Positions 29,601 to 44,545 of a stretch of 64,000 nt of DNA are shown piece after piece. The position numbers were made by a program, and so were the translations under genes. Below the pieces are notes generated by a model. It was not told the origin of the DNA, ran no database searches, and saw nothing but the letters and a program-made list of their open reading frames with translations. Numbering within the stretch: position 1 is the stretch's first letter; the number at the start of each line of letters is the position of its first letter. This DNA comes from Nemertoderma westbladi (Eukaryota; Animalia; Xenacoelomorpha), in NCBI GenBank assembly GCA_032718475.1, contig JAUCBJ010007844.1, positions 50,119 through 114,118 on the forward strand. The letters run 5' to 3'.

Positions 29601-32600
29601 TCCTATATGGAGTCCATCATACAGCAGTTAGAACCAGTACTCCTATATGGAGTCCATCATACAGCAGTTAGAACCAGTACTCCTATATGGAGTCCATGAT
29701 ACAGCTGTTAGAACCAGTACTCCTATATGGAGACCATCATACAGCAGTTAGAACCAGTACTCCTATATGGAGCATCAATCAGAAGTTAGAACCAGTACTC
29801 CTATATGGAGTCAGTCCATCAATCATAAGTTAGAACCAGTACTCCTATATGGAGTCCATCATACAGCAGTTAGAACCAGTACTCCTTCCTATATGGAGTC
29901 CATCATACAGCTGTTAGAACCAGTACTCCCATATGGAGACCATCATACAGCAGTTAGAACCAGTACTCCTATATGGAGTCCATCATACAGCAGTTAGAAC
30001 CAGTACTCCTATATGGAGTCCATCATACGGCAGTTAGAACCAGTACTCCTATATGGAGTCCATCAATCAGAAGTTAGAACCAGTACTCCTATATGGAATC
30101 AGTCCATCAATCATAAGTTAGAACCAGTACTCCTATATGGAGTCCATCATACAGCAGTTAGAACCAGTACTCCTTCCTATATGGAGTCCATCATACAGCA
30201 GATAGAACCAGTACTCCTATATGGAGTCCATCATACAGCAGTCAGAACCAGTACTTCTATATGGAGACCATCATACAGCAGTTAGAACCAGTACTCCTAT
30301 ATAGAACCAGTTCTCCTATATGGAGTCCATCAATCAGAAGTTAGAACCAGTACTCCTATATGGAGTCCATCATACAGCAGTTAGAATCAGTACTCCTATA
30401 TGGAGTCTATCATACAGCAGTTAGAACCAGTACTCCTATATGGAGTCCATCATACAGCAGTTAGAACCAGTACTCCTATATGGAGTCCATCATACAGCAG
30501 TTAGAACCAGTACTCCTATATGGAGTCAATCATACAGCAGTTAGAATCAGTACTCCTATATGGAGTTCATCAATCAGCAGTTAGAACCAGTACTCCATCA
30601 ATCAGAAGTTCACCAGTACTCCTTTATGGAGTCTATCATACAGCAGTTAGAATCAGTACTCCTATATGGAGCATCAATCAGCAGTTAGAACCAGTACTCC
30701 TATATGGAGTCCATCATACAGCAGTTAGAATCAGTACTCCTATATGGAGCATCAATCAGCAGTTAGAACCAGTACTCCTATATGGAGTCCATCAATCAGC
30801 AGTTAGAACCAGTACTCCTATATGGAGTCCATCATACAGCAGTTAGAACCAGTACTCCTATATGGAGTCCATCATACAGCAGTTAGAACCCGTACTCCTA
30901 TATGGAGTCCATCATACAGCAGTTAGAACCAGTACTCCTATATGGAGTCCATCAATCAGAATCAGAAGTTAGAACCAGTACTCCAATATGGAGTCCATCA
31001 TACAGCAGTTAGAACCAGTACTCCTATATGGAGTCCATCATACAGCAGTTAGAACCAGTACTCCTATATGGAGTCCATCAATCAGAATCAGAAGTTAGAA
31101 CCAGTACTCCAATATGGAGTCCATCATACAGCAGTTAGAACCAGTACTCCTATATGGAGTCCATCATACAGCAGTTAGAACCAGTACTCCTATATGGAGT
31201 CCATCATACAGCAGTTAGAACCAGTACTCCTATATGGAGTCCATCATACAGTAGTTAGAACCAGTACTCCTATATGGAGTCCATCAATCAGAATCAGAAG
31301 TTAGAACCAGTACTCCAATATGGAGTCCATCATACAGCAGTTAGAACCAGTACTCCTATATGGAGTCCATCATACAGCAGTTAGAACCAGTACTCCTATA
31401 TGGAGTCCATCAATCAGAATCAGAAGTTAGAACCAGTACTCCAATATGGAGTCCATCATACAGCAGTTAGAACCAGTACTCCTATATGGAGTCCATCATA
31501 CAGCAGTTAGAACCAGTACTCCTATATGGAGTCCATCATACAGCAGTTAGAACCAGTACTCCTATATGGAGTCCATCATACAGTAGTTAGAACCAGTACT
31601 CCTCAATCCGCAGTTAGAACCAGTACTCCTTTATGGAGTCCATCAATCAGAAGTTAGAACCAGTACTCCTATATGGAGTCCATCATACAGCAGTTAGAAT
31701 CAGTACTCCTATATGGAGCATCAATCAGCAGTTAGAACCAGTACTCCTATATGGAGTCCATCATACAGCAGTTAGAACCAGTACTCCTATATGGAGTCCA
31801 TCAATCAGAATCAGAAGTTAGAACCAGTACTCCAATATGGAGTCCATCATACAGCAGTTAGAACCAGTACTCCTATATGGAGTCCATCATACAGCAGTTA
31901 GAACCAGTACTCCTATATGGAGCATCAATCAGCAGATAGAACCAGGAACCAGTACTCCTATATGGATTCCATCATACAGCAGTTAGAACCAGTACTCCTA
32001 TATGGAGTCCATCATACAGCAGTTAGAACCAGTACTCCTATATGGAGTCCATCATACAGCAGTTAGAACCAGTACTCCTATATGGAGTCCATCATACAGC
32101 AGTTAGAACCAGTACTCCTATATGGAGTCCATCAATCAGAAGTTAGAACCAGTACTCCTATATGGAGTCCATCAATCAGAAGTTAGAACCAGTACTCCTA
32201 TATGGAGTCCATCATACAGCAGTTAGAATCAGTACTCCTATATGAAGTCCATCATACAAAAGTTAGAACCAGTACTCCTATATGGAGTCCATCATACAGC
32301 AGTTAGAACTCCTATATGGAGTCCATCATACAGCAGTTAGAATCAGTACTCCTATATGGAGTCCATCATACAGCAGTTAGAACCAGTACTCCTATATGGA
32401 GTCCATCATGCAGCAGTTAGAACCAGTACTCCTATATGGAGTCCATCATACAGCAGTTAGAACCAGTACTCCTATATGGAGTCCATCATACAGCAGTTAG
32501 AATCAGTACTCCTATATGGAGTTCATCAATCAGCAGTTAGAACCAGTACTCCTATATGGAGTCCATCATACAGCTGTTAGAACCAGTACTCCTATATGGA

Positions 32601-35600
32601 GACCATCATACAGCAGTTAGAACCAGTACTCCTATATGGAGCATCAATCAGAAGTTAGAACCAGTACTCCTATATGGAGTCAGTCCATCAATCATAAGTT
32701 AGAACCAGTACTCCTATATGGAGTCCATCATACAGCAGTTAGAACCAGTACTCCTTCCTATATGGAGTCCATCATACAGCTGTTAGAACCAGTACTCCTA
32801 TATGGAGACCATCATACAGCAGTTAGAACCAGTACTCCTATATGGAGCATCAATCAGAAGTTAGAACCAGTACTCCAGTAGCAGTTAGAACCAGTACTCC
32901 TATATGGAGTCTATCAATCAGAAGTTAGAACCAGTACTCCTTTATGGAGTCCATCATACAGTAATTAGAACCAGTACTCCGCAATCAGCAGTTAGAACCA
33001 GTACTCCTTTATGGAGTCCATCAATCAGAAGTTAGAACCAGTACTCCTATATGGAGTCCATCAATCAGAAGTTAGAACCAGTACTCCTATATGGAGTCCA
33101 TCATACAGCAGTTAGAATCAGTACTCCTATATGGAGTCCATCATACAAAAGTTAGAACCAGTACTCCTATATGGAGTCCATCATACAGCAGTTAGAACTC
33201 CTATATGGAGTCCATCATACAGCAGTTAGAATCAGTACTCCTATATGGAGTCCATCATACAGCAGTTAGAACCAGTACTCCTATATGGAGTCCATCATAC
33301 AGCAGTTAGAACCAGTACTCCTATATGGAGTCCATCATACAGCAGTTAGAACCAGTACTCCTATATGGAGTCCATCATACAGCAGTTAGAACCAGTACTC
33401 CTATATGGAGTCCATCATACAGCAGTTAGAACCAGTACTCCTATATGGAGTCCATCATACAGCTGTTAGAACCAGTACTCATATATGGAGACCATCATAC
33501 AGCAGTTAGAACCAGTACTCCTATATGGAGCATCAATCAGAAGTTAGAACCAGTACTCCTATATGGAGTCAGTCCATCAATCATAAGTTAGAACCAGTAC
33601 TCCTATATGGAGTCCATCATACAGCAGTTAGAACCAGTACTCCTTCCTATATGGAGTCCATCATACAGCTGTTAGAACCAGTACTCCGCAATCAGAAGTT
33701 AGAACCAGTACTCCTATATGGAGTCAGTCCATCAATCATAAGTTAGAACCAGTACTCCTATATGGAGTCCATCATACAGCAGTTAGAACCAGTACTCCTT
33801 CCTATATGGATTCCATCATACAGCAGTTAGAACCAGTACTCCTATATGGAGTCCATCATACAGCAGTTAAAACCAGTACTCCTATATGGAGTCCATCATA
33901 CAGCAGTTAGAACCAGTACTCCTATATGGAGTCCATCATACAGCAGTTAGAACCAGTACTCCTATATGGAGTCCATCATACAGCAGTTAGAACCAGTACT
34001 CCTATATGGAGTCCATCATACAGCAGTTAAAACCAGTACTCCTATATGGAGTCCATCATACAGCAGTTAGAACCAGTACTCCTATATGGAGTCCATCGAT
34101 CAGAAGTTAGAACCAGTACTCCTATATGGAGTCCATCATACAGCAGTTAGAACCAGTACTCCTTCCTATATGGATTCCATCATACAGCAGTTAGAACCAG
34201 TACTCCTTCCTATATGGAGTCCATCATATCAGCAGTTAGAACCAGTACTCCTATATGGAGTCCATCATACAGCAGTTAGAACCAGTACTCCTATATGGAG
34301 TCCATCATACAGCTGTTAGAACCAGTACTCCTATATGGAGTCCATCATACAGCAGTTAGAACCAGTACTCCTATATGGAGACCATCATACAGCAGTTAGA
34401 ACCAGTACTCCTTCCTATATGGATTCCATCATACAGCAGTTAGAACCAGTACTCCTATATGGAGTCCATCATACAGCAGTTAGAACCAGTACTCCTATAT
34501 GGAGACCATCATACAGCAGTTAGAACCAGTACTCCTATATGGAGTCCATCAATCAGAATTTAGAACCAGTACTCCTTTATGGAGTCCTTCAATCATAAGT
34601 TAGAACCAGTACTCCTATATGGAGTCCATCAATCAGAAGTTAGAACCAGTACTCCTATATGGAGTCCTTCAATCATAAGTTAGAACCAGTACTCCTATAT
34701 GGAGTCCATCATACAGCAGTTAGAACCAGTACTCCTTCCTATATGGATTCCATCATACAGCAGTTAGAACCAGTACTCCTATATGGAGTCCATCATACAG
34801 CAGTTAGAACCAGTACTCCTATATGGAGACCATCATACAGCAGTTAGAACCAGTACTCCTATATGGAGCATCAATCAGCAGATAGAACCAGGAACCAGTA
34901 CTCCTATAAGGATTCCATCATACAGCAGTTAGAACCAGTACTCCTATATGGAGTCCATCATACAGCAGTTAGAACCAGTACTCCTATATGGAGTCCATCA
35001 TACAGCAGTTAGAACCAGTACTCCTATATGGAGTCCATCAATCAGAAGTTAGAACCAGTACTCCTATATGGAGTCCATCAATCAGAAGTTAGAACCAGTA
35101 CTCCTATATGGAGTCCATCATACAGCAGTTAGAATCAGTACTCCTATATGAAGTCCATCATACAAAAGTTAGAACCAGTACTCCTATATGGAGTCCATCA
35201 TACAGCAGTTAGAACTCCTATATGGAGTCCATCATACAGCAGTTAGAATCAGTACTCCTATATGGAGTCCATCATACAGCAGTTAGAACCAGTACTCCTA
35301 TATGGAGTCCATCATGCAGCAGTTAGAACCAGTACTCCTATATGGAGTCCATCATACAGCAGTTAGAACCAGTACTCCTATATGGAGTCCATCATACAGC
35401 AGTTAGAATCAGTACTCCTATATGGAGTTCATCAATCAGCAGTTAGAACTCCTATATGGAGTCCATCATACAGCAGTTAGAACTCCTATATGGAGTCCAT
35501 CATACAGCAGTTAGAATCAGTACTCCTATATGGAGTTCATCAATCAGCAGTTAGAACCAGTACTCCTATATGGAGTCCATCATACAGCAGTTAGAACCAG

Positions 35601-38600
35601 TACTCCTATATGGAGTCCATCATACAGCAGTTAGAACCAGTACTCCTATATGGAGTCCATCATACAGCAGTTAGAATCAGTACTCCTATATGGAGTTCAT
35701 CAATCAGCAGTTAGAACCAGTACTCCTATATGGAGTCCATCATACAGCTGTTAGAACCAGTACTCCTATATGGAGACCATCATACAGCAGTTAGAACCAG
35801 TACTCCTATATGGAGCATCAATCAGAAGTTAGAACCAGTACTCCTATATGGAGTCAGTCCATCAATCATAAGTTAGAACCAGTACTCCTATATGGAGTCC
35901 ATCATACAGCAGTTAGAACCAGTACTCCTTCCTATATGGAGTCCATCATACAGCTGTTAGAACCAGTACTCCTATATGGAGACCATCATACAGCAGTTGG
36001 AACCAGTACTCCTATATGGAGCATCAATCAGAAGTTAGAACCAGTACTCCAGTAGCAGTTAGAACCAGTACTCCTATATGGAGTCTATCAATCAGAAGTT
36101 AGAACCAGTACTCCTTTATGGAGTCCATCATACAGTAATTAGAACCAGTACTCCGCAATCAGCAGTTAGAACCAGTACTCCTTTATGGAGTCCATCAATC
36201 AGAAGTTAGAACCAGTACTCCTATATGGAGTCCATCAATCAGAAGTTAGAACCAGTACTCCTATATGGAGTCCATCATACAGCAGTTAGAATCAGTACTC
36301 CTATATGGAGTCCATCATACAAAAGTTAGAACCAGTACTCCTATATGGAGTCCATCATACAGCAGTTAGAACTCCTATATGGAGTCCATCATACAGCAGT
36401 TAAAACCAGTACTCCTATATGGAGTCCATCATACAGCAGTTAGAACCAGTACTCCTATATGGAGTCCATCATACAGCAGTTAGAACCAGTACTCCTATAT
36501 GGAGTCCATCATACAGCAGTTAGAACCAGTACTCCTATATGGAGTCCATCATACAGCAGTTAGAACCAGTACTCCTATATGGAGTCCATCATACAGCAGT
36601 TAGAACCAGTACTCCTATATGGAGTCCATCATACAGCAGTTAGAATCAGTACTCCTATATGGAGTTCATCAATCAGCAGTTAGAACCAGTACTCCTATAT
36701 GGAGTCCATCGTACAGCTGTTAGAACCAGTACTCCTATATGGAGACCATCATACAGCAGTTAGAACCAGTACTCCTATATGGAGCATCAATCAGAAGTTA
36801 GAACCAGTACTCCTATATGGAGTCAGTCCATCAATCATAAGTTAGAACCAGTACTCCTATATGGAGTCCATCATACAGCAGTTAGAACCAGTACTCCTTC
36901 CTATATGGAGTCCATCATACAGCTGTTAGAACCAGTACTCCTATATGGAGACCATCATACAGCAGTTGGAACCAGTACTCCTATATGGAGCATCAATCAG
37001 AAGTTAGAACCAGTACTCCAGTAGCAGTTAGAACCAGTACTCCTATATGGAGTCTATCAATCAGAAGTTAGAACCAGTACTCCTTTATGGAGTCCATCAT
37101 ACAGTAATTAGAACCAGTACTCCGCAATCAGCAGTTAGAACCAGTACTCCTTTATGGAGTCCATCAATCAGAAGTTAGAACCAGTACTCCTATATGGAGT
37201 CCATCAATCAGAAGTTAGAACCAGTACTCCTATATGGAGTCCATCATACAGCAGTTAGAATCAGTACTCCTATATGGAGTCCATCATACAAAAGTTAGAA
37301 CCAGTACTCCTATATGGAGTCCATCATACAGCAGTTAGAACTCCTATATGGAGTCCATCATACAGCAGTTAGAATCAGTACTCCTATATGGAGTCCATCA
37401 TACAGCAGTTAGAACCAGTACTATATGGAGTCCATCATACAGCAGTTAGAACCAGTACTCCGATATGGAGTCCATCATACAGCAGTTAGAACCAGTACTC
37501 CTATATGGAGTCCATCATACAGCAGTTAGAACCAGTACTCCTATATGGAGTCCATCATACAGCTGTTAGAACCAGTACTCCTATATGGAGTCCATCATAC
37601 AGCAGTTAGAACCAGTACTCCGATATGGAGTCCATCATACAGCAGTTAGAACCAGTACTCCTATATGGAGTCCATCATACAGCAGTTAGAACCAGTACTC
37701 CTATATGGAGTCCATCATACAGCTGTTAGAACCAGTACTCCTATATGGAGACCATCATACAGCAGTTAGAACCAGTACTCCTATATGGAGCATCAATCAG
37801 AAGTTAGAACCAGTACTCCTAAATGGAGTCAGTCCATCAATCATAAGTTAGAACCAGTACTCCTATATGGAGTCAGTCCATCAATCATAAGTTAGAACCA
37901 GTACTCCTATATGGAGTCCATCATACAGCAGTTAGAACCAGTACTCCTTCCTATATGGATTCCATCATACAGCAGTTAGAACCAGTACTCCTATATGGAG
38001 TCCATCATACAGCAGTTAAAACCAGTACTCCTATATGGAGTCCATCATATAGCAGTTAGAACCAGTACTCCTATATGGAGTCCATCGATCAGAAGTTAGA
38101 ACCAGTACTCCTATATGGAGTCCATCATACAGCAGTTAGAACCAGTACTCCTTCCTATATGGATTCCATCATACAGCAGTTAGAACCAGTACTCCTATAT
38201 GGAGTCCATCATACAGCAGTTAAAACCAGTACTCCTATATGGAGTCCATCATATAGCAGTTAGAACCAGTACTCCTATATGGAGTCCATCGATCAGAAGT
38301 TAGAACCAGTACTCCTATATGGAGTCCATCATACAGCAGTTAGAACCAGTACTCCTTCCTATATGGATTCCATCATACAGCAGTTAGAACCAGTACTCCT
38401 ATATGGAGTCCATCATACAGCAGTTAGAACCAGTACTCCTATATGGAGACCATCATACAGCAGTTAGAACCAGTACTCCTTCCTATGTGGATTCCATCAT
38501 ACAGCAGTTAGAACCAGTACTCCTATATGGAGTCCATCATACAGCAGTTAGAACCAGTACTCCTATATGGAGTCCATCATACAGCAGTTAGAAACAGTAC

Positions 38601-41600
38601 TCCTATATGGAGACCATCATACAGCAGTTAGAACCAGTACTCCTATATGGAGTCCATCAATCAGAAGTTAGAACCAGTACTCCTTTATGGAGTCCTTCAA
38701 TCATAAGTTAGAACCAGTACTCCTATATGGAGTCCATCATACAGCAGTTAGAACCAGTACTCCTTCCTATATGGATTCCATCATACAGCAGTTAGAACCA
38801 GTACTCCTATATGGAGTCCATCATACAGCAGTTAGAACCAGTACTCCTATATGGAGACCATCATACAGCAGTTAGAACCAGTACTCCTATATGGAGCATC
38901 AATCAGAAGTTAGAACCAGTACTCCTATATGGAGTCAGTCCATCAATCATAAGTTAGAACCAGTACTCCTATATGGAGTCCATCATACAGCAGTTAGAAC
39001 CAGTACTCCTTCCTATATGGATTCCATCATACAGCAGTTAGAACCAGTACTCCTATATGGAGTCCATCATACAGCTGTTAGAACCAGTACTCCTATATGG
39101 AGTCCATCAATCAGAAGTTAGAACCAGTACTCCTATATGGAGTCAGTCCAGCAATCATAAGTTAGAACCAGTACTCCTATATGGAGTCCATCATACAGCA
39201 GTTAGAACCAGTACTCCTTCCTATATGGAGTCCATCATACAGCAGATTGAACCAGTACTCCTATATGGAGTCCATCATACAGCAGTCAGAACCAGTACTT
39301 CTATATGGAGACCATCATACAGCAGTTAGAACCAGTACTCCTATATAGGACCAGTACTCCTATATGGAGTCCATCAATCAGAAGTTAGAACCAGTACTCC
39401 AGTAGCAGTTAGAACCAGTACTCCTATATGGAGTCTATCAATCAGAAGTTAGAACCAGTAATCCTTTATGGAGTCCATCATACAGTAATTAGAACCAGTA
39501 CTCCGCAATCAGCAGTTAGAACCAGTACTCCTTTATGGAGTCCATCAATCAGAAGTTAGAACCAATACTCCTATATGGAGTCCATCAATCAGAAGTTAGA
39601 ACCAGTACTCCTATATGGAGTCCATCATACAGCAGTTAGAATCAGTACTCCTATATGGAGTCCATCATACAAAAGTTAGAACCAGTACTCCTATATGGAG
39701 TCCATCATACAGCAGTTAGAACTCCTATATGGAGTCCATCATACAGCAGTTAGAACCAGTACTCCTATATGGAGCATCAATCAGCAGATAGAACCAGGAA
39801 CCAGTACTCCTATATGGATTCCATCATACAGCAGTTAGAACCAGTACTCCTATATGGAGTCCATCATACAGCAGTTAGAACCAGTACTCCTATATGGAGT
39901 CCATCATACAGCAGTTAGAACCAGTACTCCTATATGGAGTCCATCAATCAGAAGTTAGAACCAGTACTCCTATATGGAGTCCATCAATCAGAAGTTAGAA
40001 CCAGTACTCCTATATGGAGTCCATCATACAGCAGTTAGAATCAGTACTCCTATATGGAGTCCATCATACAAAAGTTAGAACCAGTACTCCTATATGGAGT
40101 CCATCATACAGCAGTTAGAACTCCTATATGGAGTCCATCATACAGCAGTTAGAATCAGTAATCCTATATGGAGTCCATCATACAGCAGTTAGAACCAGTA
40201 ATCCTATATGGAGTCCATCATGCAGCAGTTAGAACCAGTACTCCTATATGGAGTCCATCATACAGCAGTTAGAACCAGTACTCCTATATGGAGTCCATCA
40301 TACAGCAGTTAGAACCAGTACTCCTATATGGAGACCATCATACAGCAGTTAGAACCAGTACTCCTATATGGAGTCCATCATACAGCAGTTAGAACCAGTA
40401 CTCCTATATGGAGTCCATCATACAGCAGTTAGAACCAGTACTCCTAAATGGAGACCATCATACAGCAGTTAGAACCAGTACTCCTATATGGAGTCCATCA
40501 ATCAGAAGTTAGAACCAGTACTCCTTTATGGAGTCCTTCAATCATAAGTTAGAACCAGTACTCCTATATGGAGTCCATCATACAGCAGTTAGAACCAGTA
40601 CTCCTTCCTATATGGATTCCATCATACAGCAGTTAGAACCAGTACTCCTATATGGAGTCCATCATACAGCAGTTAGAACCAGTACTCCTATATGGAGACC
40701 ATCATACAGCAGTTAGAACCAGTACTCCTATATGGAGCATCAATCAGAAGTTAGAACCAGTACTCCTATATGGAGTCAGTCCATCAATCATAAGTTAGAA
40801 CCAGTACTCCTATATGGAGTCCATCATACAGCAGTTAGAACCAGTACTCCTTCCTATATGGATTCCATCATACAGCAGTTAGAACCAGTACTCCTATATG
40901 GAGTCCATCATACAGCAGTCAGAACCAGTACTTCTATATGGAGACCATCATACAGCAGATAGAACCAGTACTCCTATATGGAGTCCATCATACAGCAGTC
41001 AGAACCAGTACTTCTATATGGAGACCATCATACAGCAGTTAGAACCAGTACTCCTATATAGGACCAGTACTCCTATATGGAGTCCATTAATCAGAAGTTA
41101 GAACCAGTACTCCTTTATGGAGTCCTTCAATCAGAAGTTAGAACCAGTACTCCTATATGGATTCCATCAATCAGAAGTTAGAACCAGTACTCCTATATGG
41201 AGTCATCAATCAGAAGTTAGAACTAGTACTCCTTTATGGAGTCCATCAATCAGAAGTTAGAACCAGTACTCCTATATGGAGTCCATCATACAGCAGTTAG
41301 AATCAGTACTCCTATATGGAGTCCATCATACAAAAGTTAGAACCATACAGCAGTTAGAACCAGTACTCCTATATGGAGTCCATCATACAGCAGTTAGAAC
41401 CAGTACTCCTATATGGAGCATCAATCAGCAGATAGAACCAGGAACCAGTACTCCCATATGGATTCCATCATACAGCAGTTAGAACCAGTACTCCTATATG
41501 GAGTCCATCATACAGCAGTTAGAACCAGTACTCCTATATGGAGTCCATCATACAGCAGTTAGAACCAGTACTCCTATATGGAGTCCATCAATCAGAAGTT

Positions 41601-43818
41601 AGAACCAGTACTCCTATATGGAGTCCATCAATCAGAAGTTAGAACCAGTACTCCTATATGGAGTCCATCATACAGCAGTTAGAATCAGTACTCCTATATG
41701 GAGTCCATCATACAAAAGTTAGAACCAGTACTCCTATATGGAGTCCATCATACAGCAGTTAGAACTCCTATATGGAGTCCATCATACAGCAGTTAGAATC
41801 AGTACTCCTATATGGAGTCCATCATACAGCAGTTAGAACCAGTACTCCTATATGGAGACCATCATACAGCAGTTAGAAACAGTACTCCTATATGGAGTCC
41901 ATCATACAGCAGTTAGAACAAGTACTCCTATATGGAGTCCATCATACAGCAGTTAGAACCAGTACTCCTATATGGAGTCCATCATACAGCAGTTAGAACC
42001 AGTACTCCTATATGGAGTCCATCATACAGCAGTTAGAACCAGTACTCCTATATGGAGCATCAATCTGCAGATAGAACCAGGAACCAGTACTCCTATATGG
42101 ATTCCATCATACAGCAGTTAGAACCAGTACTCCTATATGGAGTCCATCAATCAGAAGTTAGAACCAGTACTCCTATATGGAGTCCATCATACAGCAGTTA
42201 GAATCAGTACTCCTATATGGAGTCCATCATACAAAAGTTAGAACCAGTACTCCTATATGGAGTCCATCATACAGCATTTAGAACTCCTATATGGAGTCCA
42301 TCATACAGCAGTTAGAATCAGTACTCCTATATGGAGTCCATCATACAGCAGTTAGAACCAGTACTCCTATATGGAGTCCATCATGCAGCAGTTAGAACCA
42401 GTACTCCTATATGGAGTCCATCATACAGCAGTTAGAACCAGTACTCCTATATGGAGTCCATCATACAGCAGTTAGAATCAGTACTCCTATATGGAGTTCA
42501 TCAATCAGCAGTTAGAACCAGTACTCCTATATGGAGTCTATCAATCAGAAGTTAGAACCAGTACTCCTTTATGGAGTCCATCATACAGTAATTAGAACCA
42601 GTACTCCTCAATCAGCAGTTAGAACCAGTACTCCTTTATGGAGTCCATCAATCAGAAGTTAGAACCAGTACTCCTATATGGAGTCCATCATACAGCAGTT
42701 AGAACCAGTACTCCTATATGGAGTCCATCATACAGCAGTTAGAATCAGTACTCCTATATGGAGTTCATCAATCAGCAGTTAGAACCAGTACTCCTATATG
42801 GAGTCTATCAATCAGAAGTTAGAACCAGAACTCCTTTATGGAGTCCATCATACAGTAATTAGAACCAGTACTCCTCAATCAGCAGTTAGAACCAGTACTC
42901 CTTTATGGAGTCCATCAATCAGAAGTTAGAACCAGTACTCCTATATGGAGTCCATCAATCAGAATCAGAAGTTAGAACCAGTACTCCTATATGGAGTCCA
43001 TCATACAGCAGTTAGAACAAGTACTCCTATATGGAGTCCATCATACAGCAGTTAGAACCAGTACTCCTATATGGAGTCCATCATACAGCAGTTAGAACCA
43101 GTACTCCTATATGGAGTCCATCATACAGCAGTTAGAACCAGTACTCCTATATGGAGTCCATCAATCAGAATCAGAAGTTAGAACCAGTACTCCTATATGG
43201 AGTCCATCATACAGCAGTTAGAACAAGTACTCCTATATGGAGTCCATCATACAGCAGTTAGAACCAGTACTCCTATATGGAGTCCATCATACAGCAGTTA
43301 GAACCAGTACTCCTATATGGAGTCCATCATACAGCAGTTAGAACCAGTACTCCTATATGGAGCATCAATCTGCAGATAGAACCAGGAACCAGTACTCCTA
43401 TATGGATTCCATCATACAGCAGTTAGAACCAGTACTCCTATATGGAGTCCATCAATCAGAAGTTAGAACCAGTACTCCTATATGGATTCCATCAATCAGC
43501 AGTTAGAACCAGTACTCCTATATGGAGTCCATCATACAGCAGTTAGAACCAGTACTCCTATATGGAGTCCATCATACAGCAGTTAGAACCAGTACTCCTA
43601 TATGGAGTCCATCATACAGCAGTTAGACCCAGTACTCCTATATGGAGTCCATCAATTATAAGTTAGAACCAGTACTCCTATATGGAGTCCATCATACAGC
43701 AGTTAGAACCAGTACTCCTATATGGAGTCCATCATACAGCAGTTAGAACCAGTACTCCTATATGGAGTCCATCAATCAGAAGTTGGAACCAGTACTCCTA
43801 TATGGAGTCCATCATACA
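17586..43818 (+). repeat. 40-bp satellite array, segment 2
   Basis: Same monomer and orientation as segment 1; contains multi-kb higher-order duplications. Confidence 0.99.
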
Positions 43819-44173
43819 TATCAGGTCAGGTCAGGTCCCCAGATCCTGCTACCACTATGGCAGTAATGTGGTACTACCTGTAGCTGTCAGCCCAGTAGGG
43901 CAGGCCCGATAAGCATAGCCTATTCATTATTTAGTTGATCAAGAGTGGGTTGGTTTAACCCTGTCAACTAAATAAGTCATTGAGGGCTATAGCGCCTAGG
44001 GCACCATTGAAGGCAAAGGCTTGATACGCATCTGCATTAGAGATGATACACGCCCCCCCCCCCCCCCCCCTGTCTATACTGGATACTCCTCTACCAGTAA
44101 CCTAACCCAGGGGGCACACTTGGTTCAGGGTGTAACAAATGGACCCCTACAGTTGGCAGCAGGGCTGTAGGCC

Positions 44174-44545
44174 ATGGAGGTTAGGCGGAAGGTAATCAAC
44201 CAACGGCTAGACATGCTGACAAGGTCGGCGGAAGGTAATCAACCAACTGCCATGAAGTACAATGACATTGGAAATAGATGGACGTTAGTAACAAGCTCAG
44301 CAGTAAGAAACTCGGCCAATGCATCAATTGGTGGAGTAGGAATTCTGCTACGCCCATTTGCACTTAAGACCCTAAACAACGTCGAATCTATAAATTCCAG
44401 GGTTATGATCACAACATTTGATGGGAATCCCAAGGCAACAGTTATATGTTGCTACAGTCCACCCAATGCCTCAGAGCCAGAACAAGCATTCAAGTTTTAT
44501 GAAGAACTGACTGGACTTATAAAGGACATTCCGAAACACAATTAG
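44174..44545 (+). pseudogene. RTE APE endonuclease fragment
   Basis: WTLVTSSAVRNSANASIGGVGILL, RVMITTFDGNPKATVICCYSP, FYEELTGLIKDIPKHN. Ends just before the expected GDFN motif and lacks the N-terminal catalytic motifs. Confidence 0.8.
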
